The notes beneath the pieces are model-generated. The model made no database searches, was not told the origin of the DNA, and worked only from the letters and a program-made list of their open reading frames with translations. This document shows, one piece after another, positions 57,444-64,000 of a stretch of DNA of 64,000 nt. Location of the stretch: IMG/VR virus record IMGVR_UViG_3300022561_001209; one strand, written 5' to 3'. Source of the stretch: a virus (Duplodnaviria > Heunggongvirae > Uroviricota > Caudoviricetes). The first letter of the stretch is position 1; each line of letters starts with the position of its first letter. The position numbers were made by a program, and so were the translations under genes.

Positions 57444-58440
57444 TTATTTTGATATCTTTTCTATTAATATAACTGCCTCTAACTTATTTTTTGATTCAAC
57501 ACTCTTATTTAAGAACTCCTCAAATTTATTATATTCCAACACTCTTTTTATTCGTGTAATTCTATCGTTTCTTACTAATCTATCTATGAACTCTATTTTT
57601 TCATTTTCACTTATGTAATCCACGAATATCGTACAATTAGAATAGTAATATTCTTTTTCCTTATTAAATAATATATCAGAATATTTATCATAAATTTCTT
57701 TTAGTTCTTTTTCATTCATATCCACATTAAATACTTTATTTAAATGTATCCCAGTTTTAAAATAGCCTTGTATCTCTGAATCTTCTTCTTTATATATTAT
57801 TATATCTAGTAAAGATTCTAATTTGCATTCTTCAGACCCTCTAAACTCTACTACCATATTGTGACAGAACAAATATTTTATGATATCCTCTCTATTTATT
57901 AGTGCTTCAAATAATTCATTTCTTTCTTTTTCATGTTCTGAAATAAATCCAAGTATTTTTATGATTACTAACATAAACCCACTACTAATTTCATCGTCGT
58001 ATGAATCGAATACTTTATCTGATTTGGTTATTATCTTATTTATCAGTTTATATATTCTTAAAATTTCCATATTTCTAAATTCTTCTTGTTTTTCATTTTT
58101 CAATGCTTTTGATAGTAATTCTATGTATTCATCATCTTCTAATTTAAATTTTTCAATGATTCTTGATACTAAACTATGTCTTTTAATTATATATTCAGTT
58201 AGTTCTTCTAATTCACCTTCGTTAAATTCTTTTTTATAAATGTATATATTAGCACATATTACATTTTCATATCTTTTTTAGCCAACAATTCTTTAAGTTA
58301 ACTATAAGAATAAATGTTAACTACTTCTTTTAGTTTTTTATCTATGTTATTTAAATTTTCTGAAAATCCTCCAGGTGTACTTCTAACTTTTCTAATTAAC
58401 CCCTTAATTTCGTTTAATTTATTTTCCACTATCTAACCCC
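57444..58440 (-). pseudogene. paralog family A, member 2, frame-disrupted
   Basis: the reported ORF (57444-58103) begins at a TTG, but the frame stays open upstream to a TAA at about 58283. That upstream stretch (KRYENVICANIYIYKKEFNEGELEELTEYIIKRHSLV...) aligns with the paralogs. The N-terminal 45 codons (VENKLNEIKGLIRKVRSTPGGFSENL...) lie in a different frame at 58310-58440, separated by stops. Confidence 0.5.
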
Positions 58441-59222
58441 TATTCAGTTATTTTAAATAAAATTATCTTTGCGTTTATTTTTTCTATCTCCTCTTCACTT
58501 AGTTTAAATTTATACATACTGTCTATTAAGTTATTCATATATCCTGTTTGTTTAGTTCTTATTATCTTATCTACTAGTCTATCTATATATATGTATTCCG
58601 TAAATTTATTCATTATTGCAATATTACTGTATAGTCTAGGTACACTTAGTCTGTTTGAGAACATTTCTTCTTTGTATTTTTCATACATTCTATATTTCTC
58701 TTCATCAGTCATTATACTTTGAATATTATACCACAACATTAGTTGTTTTATTAAGTCTATATTTTCTACTACCGATGTAATTAATAACTTTTTACTATAA
58801 GTATCTGTCTCTGAATATATGCTATTTCTTATATTATTTAACGTAATAGAATTAAATAATCTGTCTTCTGTACTTATGTTTCTAATTACATATAATAAGT
58901 ACCTAAAATTACATAATAATTGTAATGTATCTTTATTTCCTGTTTCAATAGCTTTGTTTAATAATTTTTCTTCGTACTTATTGTCACACACATATTTATT
59001 TAAGAACTTTATACATTCATTACCGTCATCTAATATTAAGTCAAACAATTTATCTCTATGGTCTTCTGTTATAATTCCTTTTTCTTTTAATTTCTTATCG
59101 TTTATTAAACTTGTAGAGTATTTATATTTAAACTTACTGCTATCTTTTAGTTCCTCATAAATTTTCTCAAATGTTATTTCATTTTTCTTTAGTTTCTTTT
59201 TTATTTCTGCTATCTGTTCCAA
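58440..59222 (-). CDS. paralog family A, member 3 (260 aa)
   Basis: NEITFEKIYEEL ... EKYRMYEKYKEEMF ... YIYIDRLVDKIIR blocks. Confidence 0.5.
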   Translation of the reverse strand: MEQIAEIKKKLKKNEITFEKIYEELKDSSKFKYKYSTSLINDKKLKEKGIITEDHRDKLFDLILDDGNECIKFLNKYVCDNKYEEKLLNKAIETGNKDTLQLLCNFRYLLYVIRNISTEDRLFNSITLNNIRNSIYSETDTYSKKLLITSVVENIDLIKQLMLWYNIQSIMTDEEKYRMYEKYKEEMFSNRLSVPRLYSNIAIMNKFTEYIYIDRLVDKIIRTKQTGYMNNLIDSMYKFKLSEEEIEKINAKIILFKITE

Positions 59223-59241
59223 TGTATTCCCTACCCCTTTA

Positions 59242-60063
59242 CTATACAGCCAATTTTAACAATATTAGTTTTCCATCTATTTCATCTATTTCATCTTCTG
59301 TTAGTTTAAATTTGTTTATGTTTTCCATAATTAACTCGCCATGTTCTGTGTCAATAACTTCACATATATTATCCACTAAGTTCATTACATAACTACTGTC
59401 TATATACTTATGCAACACTTCACATACTCTATACATATAGTATATATTTGGTTTTCCGTTATAAATGTATCTTTTATCTTTCAATATTTTTTCTTTATGA
59501 ATATTGTACATCTTCTCTATAGTTTCTTCACTAAGTGCATCATAAAAATCCACCATTAGTCTTATTGCTACTCCATATATATTTATTGATAATTTAATTA
59601 ATTCCTGATTATATTCCCTTTTACTTATTACAACTATCCTATTTATTACAGATTGAATTATATGTTCCCCTATTTGAATATCACTTTTTTCTATGTATTT
59701 CAAAGCATATTTTATGTATTCGTCATTTTTAAATATATCACTCAAATCTTGATTACTTGTAAATTTTCCTTCAGATATATCTCTATTAATAATGTACTCT
59801 ATAATATATTCACTTTCTTCTTTATTAGGCTTACCTTTACACACGAATTTTATCATGTATCCATCTTTTTTCAAAACGATGTCAAATAATATTTTTCTTT
59901 GTTCATCAGTTATTTTTTCAGAATAACTCATAATTTCATAAGCGTATTCATGTTCATATTCTTTATATAGTTTTATTTCTTTAAGTATCTTTTCAAATGT
60001 AGCTGACCCATTATCTAAGTACTCAGCTAATTTTTTAGACTTAACCATAAGTTTACCGAACAT
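59242..60063 (-). CDS. paralog family A, member 4 (273 aa)
   Basis: SATFEKILKEI ... EKMYNIHKEKILKDKRYIY ... MNLVDNICEV blocks. Confidence 0.5.
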   Translation of the reverse strand: MFGKLMVKSKKLAEYLDNGSATFEKILKEIKLYKEYEHEYAYEIMSYSEKITDEQRKILFDIVLKKDGYMIKFVCKGKPNKEESEYIIEYIINRDISEGKFTSNQDLSDIFKNDEYIKYALKYIEKSDIQIGEHIIQSVINRIVVISKREYNQELIKLSINIYGVAIRLMVDFYDALSEETIEKMYNIHKEKILKDKRYIYNGKPNIYYMYRVCEVLHKYIDSSYVMNLVDNICEVIDTEHGELIMENINKFKLTEDEIDEIDGKLILLKLAV

Positions 60064-60066
60064 TAT

Positions 60067-60261
60067 TTACTCTCCTAGTAACTCCCTTATTTTAGAGTAG
60101 TTATCCATTTTACTTTCTACTATTTCGCCGTTCTCGTTGTAGTAGTTTCGTAAATTTATTTCAATTATTGGTTTACCATTTGAACTTGTATTAACATTTA
60201 TTTCTTCTTTACTATCTAATTCTTCATAACATCTTTTTAATATGTCTTTAAATTTATCCAT
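60067..60261 (-). CDS. hypothetical small protein
   Basis: ORF 64 aa; start overlaps upstream stop (ATGA). Confidence 0.35.
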   Translation of the reverse strand: MDKFKDILKRCYEELDSKEEINVNTSSNGKPIIEINLRNYYNENGEIVESKMDNYSKIRELLGE

Positions 60262-60680
60262 CAGTTACTCCTCAGTTTATTCATTATCCTTACACCGTCT
60301 ATTTTGTCTTTTAATTCTTTGTTTTTATTTATAACTTTGCTATTATCTTTAATACTCGTAAATATATCTATATCATTAAGTTTGTCATTTTCCAAAAGTT
60401 CTTTAATTATATAGTATATTTCTTTTTCAGAGAATTCACAATCATAAGAATATAAATTAGCACTGTAATTCTTTACTACATGACTTATTATATTCATATG
60501 TTCATTTTCACTTAACTTAACATTATTTCGTAAAATATCTAAAGATATATTTGTATCCTCTAAATATCTCTCTAGTGCACTATAAATTTCTTCTTTACTT
60601 AAATATCTTATTCTAGCACTTATATCAACGTATTTTGCATATTCTTCTTTATTTAATATTCTGTTCCATACATCATTCAT
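60261..60680 (-). CDS. hypothetical protein
   Basis: ORF 139 aa. Confidence 0.4.
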   Translation of the reverse strand: MNDVWNRILNKEEYAKYVDISARIRYLSKEEIYSALERYLEDTNISLDILRNNVKLSENEHMNIISHVVKNYSANLYSYDCEFSEKEIYYIIKELLENDKLNDIDIFTSIKDNSKVINKNKELKDKIDGVRIMNKLRSN

Positions 60681-60683
60681 TAG

Positions 60684-61499
60684 TTATCCTGCCAATTCCT
60701 CCATTATTACAAATGAATCTAGTAAATCTTTCAGATTACTACTTAATCTAAGTATTGGTCTATAATTTGATTGATAAAGTATATTTTTAGCCTCACCTAC
60801 TTTTCTTTCTTCTAATGCTTTATATACCAGTGTTTCTCTATTTTCATCTGTAATATATTTAAACATTACTATACACATATTAAAGTATTCGTCAAAATAC
60901 ATATTTTTATTAAATATTTTATCTTTGTTCTTTTTATATATTTTATCAATCTCTTCTTCCATGAATACATTACTTCTATTGTTGTAATAAAATCTGTAAT
61001 ATATTTTTCCTACTATATCTACAATAATATCAGGCCTATCTAATAATTTATTGAATATTCTCTTTTTGTAAGGTTCGTTATCACCCATTCTTGTGTAATA
61101 ATTAAAAATCAATGCTATCAATTCTGTATAGCAATCATCATTAACTATAGGTCTATTTAACTTTTTTATTACGTATGCAACTTCATCTTTTCTCTTTAAT
61201 ACCGATATAATACTTTTGTAACAATTCCTATTAATTAGAACGTCCAACATCCCTTGTCTTTCTCCAGGTTTTATCTTACATCTTATTAAAAACCCTTTAC
61301 ATGCTGTTTCATCTAATTTAATTAAGTTCAATAAATATTCTCTGTCTATTTCACTTATTTCTTCGTCAAAATCTGAAAGTACTTCCATAGAGTTTAATGA
61401 CATTGTTTCAGGTTCAGTACCCATTTTATTCAGTAGTTCGTCAAAACTAATTTCTTTACTTCTAAACTTCTGCTTTAAATAAAAAATATCAATACTCAT
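60684..61499 (-). CDS. paralog family A, member 5 (271 aa)
   Basis: KEISFDELLNKM ... EEIDKIYKKNKDKIFNKNMYF blocks. Confidence 0.5.
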   Translation of the reverse strand: MSIDIFYLKQKFRSKEISFDELLNKMGTEPETMSLNSMEVLSDFDEEISEIDREYLLNLIKLDETACKGFLIRCKIKPGERQGMLDVLINRNCYKSIISVLKRKDEVAYVIKKLNRPIVNDDCYTELIALIFNYYTRMGDNEPYKKRIFNKLLDRPDIIVDIVGKIYYRFYYNNRSNVFMEEEIDKIYKKNKDKIFNKNMYFDEYFNMCIVMFKYITDENRETLVYKALEERKVGEAKNILYQSNYRPILRLSSNLKDLLDSFVIMEELAG

Positions 61500-61547
61500 T
61501 ATTTTACCGCCCTCTATTTAAACTTTTTTAAAACTTTTTATAATACC

Positions 61548-61576
61548 ATTATAACATATTTATTTCAACTTGTAAA
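61548..61576 (-). promoter_or_regulatory. sigma-A promoter TTTACA-17-TATAAT
   Basis: minus strand reads TTTACAAGTTGAAATAAATATGTTATAATGG; -35 at 61571-61576, -10 at 61548-61553. Confidence 0.6.
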
Positions 61577-61681
61577 CTATTATTTTTTAAAATATCAATT
61601 TATTTTTAATACATTTTAGCATCTATTAAACGTAAATTTATTTTTCTGTTACTCATACCTTAAGTTTAACTCCAACAGCTT

Positions 61682-61710
61682 CAAATCTCAATCTATATAG
61701 TTACTAATAT
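61682..61710. promoter_or_regulatory. conserved intergenic motif CAAATCTCAATCTATATAGTTACTAATAT (copy 4 of 4)
   Basis: sequence match to 16105-16133. Confidence 0.5.
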
Positions 61711-61786
61711 ACTCTTTTAACCGTATTTTAAATTTAGCAAAAAATAAACTCATTATACGTGTTATATAATGAGTTTATTTGTTTAT

Positions 61787-62047
61787 TTATATTTCTTCTA
61801 CCGATGATATTCCATCAATGTAGTATTCTCCACCGTTAATTGGAATCATATTTTCTAATTCTCTCTCTAACTCTTCTTCATCTTCATATATTTCCTGTAA
61901 ATCCCCTATTGTATAAAGTCTTACTGGTAAATCTCCATTTTCTCTGTAGTAATCGTCTATCAACCCTAATAAGTCACTTCTTAAATCTCCTTCTACATCT
62001 ATGCTCTTAGTCCAAACTAGTCCTGTATTTAAATGTATTCTTATCAT
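61787..62047 (-). CDS. hypothetical small acidic protein
   Basis: ORF. Confidence 0.35.
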   Translation of the reverse strand: MIRIHLNTGLVWTKSIDVEGDLRSDLLGLIDDYYRENGDLPVRLYTIGDLQEIYEDEEELERELENMIPINGGEYYIDGISSVEEI

Positions 62048-62413
62048 CTTTAATTACCTCCGAATTATTATTATTTTAGCACTCTCTATAAATATCTTCG
62101 TAATTTAAATATAAATCTACTGCCTCTTCTATTCCTTCTTTAGTTATCCAAAAGTTATCTATATGGTCTTCTGATAATAAACCTACTGCTATATAAGGAA
62201 ATATGCCTATTTCATCTTCTATCCCTCGTACTACTAGCTGCAGTTGTTTTTTCTGTTAACCTATTATTACGTTTCTTGAAGTTACACATGTACATCCACC
62301 ATATACAGCGTTTTTATACTTATTTAACTATTCTTTTTTTCTATTAATTCGTTTATATTATTTATTAGTTCTTCTTTTCTACTGTTTTCCATGTCCTTTA
62401 TGTATCACCCTAC

Positions 62414-62695
62414 TTATCTACTTAATATTTCAATAACTTTCTCTATTTCATCTTTTCTTATATTACAACCGTATGCTCCTTGTAATCTCTTTGCTAGTTT
62501 TTCTATGTTATCTATTTCCCCAGAGTAAAATTCTCCACCACCAGTCCCAGAACCACTTTCAAGTGCTATTACATTAGATATGTACATTGGGTCACATATT
62601 CCCTTAATATTAAATCTTGTACATATTTCTTCAGATGCTTTTCTTATATTACTTGGTACTTCATACCCTTCAAATGCTTCTTCGAAAAATTCCAT
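62414..62695 (-). CDS. hypothetical small protein
   Basis: ORF. Confidence 0.35.
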   Translation of the reverse strand: MEFFEEAFEGYEVPSNIRKASEEICTRFNIKGICDPMYISNVIALESGSGTGGGEFYSGEIDNIEKLAKRLQGAYGCNIRKDEIEKVIEILSR

Positions 62696-62718
62696 TTTTA
62701 TTTCCTCCGAATTATTAT

Positions 62719-62979
62719 TTATATATCGTAAATTGTGTACATTCCATCAGCTATTTCATCCATTATGTCTTCTATGCTATGATGATTTCTCCAATTACTA
62801 TAAGTTATTATTATGTATCTGTCATACCTCTTACTAGCCATGTACCTCATGTGTTTTTCTATTCTATTTATTATTCCCTGTCTAGTCTTTAATTCAGTTA
62901 TAAATACTCCCTCTGAACCACAAGGTACGTTTCCATTTTCATCTATGTATATTAACACATTTTGATTTTCCATATTCAC
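62719..62979 (-). CDS. hypothetical small protein, paralog of next
   Basis: KRYDRYIIITYSNW parallels NGYDRYVTLTFYEW in the ORF at 62995-63252. Confidence 0.4.
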   Translation of the reverse strand: MNMENQNVLIYIDENGNVPCGSEGVFITELKTRQGIINRIEKHMRYMASKRYDRYIIITYSNWRNHHSIEDIMDEIADGMYTIYDI

Positions 62980-62994
62980 CCTCCGACTTATTTA

Positions 62995-63252
62995 TTAATC
63001 TATACAAGCTATTTCATATTTTCCGTTGTCTATATTGGCTAATATATCACATACATCTCTTGTTTTCCACTCATAAAATGTCAATGTCACGTATCTGTCA
63101 TATCCATTTAATTTCATGTTTCTTATGTGTATTCTTGCCTCACTACCTAATTCATTTAATTCATTATAATTTGTTAGTAACACATCTCCACTTTCAATAG
63201 CCACATTTTCCTCTCTGTCCATAAATAATAATGCTAATGTTTTTACACTCAT
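62995..63252 (-). CDS. hypothetical small protein, paralog of previous
   Basis: shared motif as above. Confidence 0.4.
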   Translation of the reverse strand: MSVKTLALLFMDREENVAIESGDVLLTNYNELNELGSEARIHIRNMKLNGYDRYVTLTFYEWKTRDVCDILANIDNGKYEIACID

Positions 63253-63351
63253 TGCCTTTTCCTCCTATATATTTTGTCATGTTATAATTTCACCCAGTAT
63301 TAGTGCTTAATAAAATGTATAACTACTTCTGTTTTATTTTTAACTATCTCT

Positions 63352-63714
63352 CTACCACTCAACTACAAAAACTGTGTCTACTCTCATGTAATCTGGTATT
63401 TGTTCCATTTTCCAAGTTCCCCCAACTTCTCCTGCAAATTTAATCGCTGCTGGTTCTGATTCAAATACTCTTCTATTTTTCCTTGAACCGAATTGTATAT
63501 AATCTCCTATGTCAAACATTAAATCAAAGCTGTCACTGTATTCCTTATCATTAAATAGCAATGAACTGTCATCAAACATTTCTACATATCCTTTATTTAT
63601 TAAGTCATTAATACAACACTCTGCACAACAGTAATATTTTTCTTCCCCTTGTACATTACTTTTGAAACATCTGCTTTCATTATCTAATGATTTACCACAT
63701 TGTTCACATCTCAT
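63352..63714 (-). CDS. hypothetical protein with N-terminal Cys cluster
   Basis: MRCEQCGK...CCAECC in 120 aa. Confidence 0.35.
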   Translation of the reverse strand: MRCEQCGKSLDNESRCFKSNVQGEEKYYCCAECCINDLINKGYVEMFDDSSLLFNDKEYSDSFDLMFDIGDYIQFGSRKNRRVFESEPAAIKFAGEVGGTWKMEQIPDYMRVDTVFVVEW

Positions 63715-64000
63715 ATTCTTTTTCTCCTTAAATTTATTAGTAAGTTACTTCTTCACCGATTTCATTGACTAATTTGTCTGTTTCATCGTTTTCAAATTCA
63801 CTAGCTTCATTAATAGCATGTAATTTATATTTCTTTCCTCTATATCCATATTCCCAGTAATCACTACCATCTGTATCTACTTTCTGCTTTACTGATACTA
63901 TGTCCTTAGCTTCAAAGTCATTTATACAACAATCATGGTCACAATAATTACCATCAGTAATATTACTTATGAAGTGGTCTTCACAATCACCTATCTCTTT

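Noticed and set aside
62048-62413. ORF-free 370-bp stretch that has coding-like character on the minus strand
   Set aside because: Translation gives only stop-separated fragments with no start codon. It is probably a decayed gene remnant, noted but not annotated as a feature.

Overview
This 64-kb window is about 75% AT and every credible gene lies on the minus strand in a tightly packed array. It contains around 100 ORFs, most of them small proteins with no recognisable domain. There are no capsid, portal, terminase or tail genes.

The architecture points to an early or accessory region of a large virulent phage (or a phage-like mega-element) from a low-GC Gram-positive host. The evidence is: strict single-strand gene order; three tRNA(-like) genes; multigene paralog families; at least ten near-identical consensus sigma-A promoters with A-tract UP elements; and intrinsic terminators that make single-gene cassettes. 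A host-takeover type region is one possibility. The SLH and SleB domains and the sigma-A-type promoters fit a Bacillus/Clostridium-like host.

Recognisable products fall into these groups:
- Envelope and proteostasis proteins: a thioredoxin-CcdA fusion, a SleB-like cell-wall hydrolase, an EamA-type permease with a decayed tandem copy, a secreted MBL/ComEC-like hydrolase with an Ada-type zinc finger, FtsH, a SIMPL protein, a PrsA/SurA-like protein, a flotillin/SPFH protein, and a protein with three SLH motifs.
- DNA metabolism: an SbcD/Mre11-like nuclease; an SbcC/Rad50-like ATPase that appears split into an N-half and a distant C-half; a sliding-clamp-like protein; a Dam-family methyltransferase; an endonuclease IV-like TIM barrel; a ParB-like nuclease domain; and a GatB/YqeY protein next to the tRNAs.
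- Candidate accessory or anti-defence functions: a PARG-type macrodomain (GGG-x7-QEE), a pol-beta nucleotidyltransferase, and a MoxR AAA+ ATPase paired with a vWA/HExxH protein.
- Two tandem paralog families, each member with its own promoter: three multi-HTH proteins and five proteins of about 220-270 aa.

Non-coding structure of note:
- A 1.1-kb ORF-free region holds eight copies of an iteron-like motif, TTGTATTRAAWWGTATGACTT. Two more copies sit near a tRNA-like gene, and the same half-site forms two identical terminator stems.
- A second conserved motif, CAAATCTCAAT...TATAGTTACTAGTAT, occurs four times between genes.

Several reading frames are interrupted (one paralog family member, the second permease copy, one gene with an in-frame TAA), so there is some gene decay. 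All plus-strand ORFs in the provided track look like antisense artefacts.
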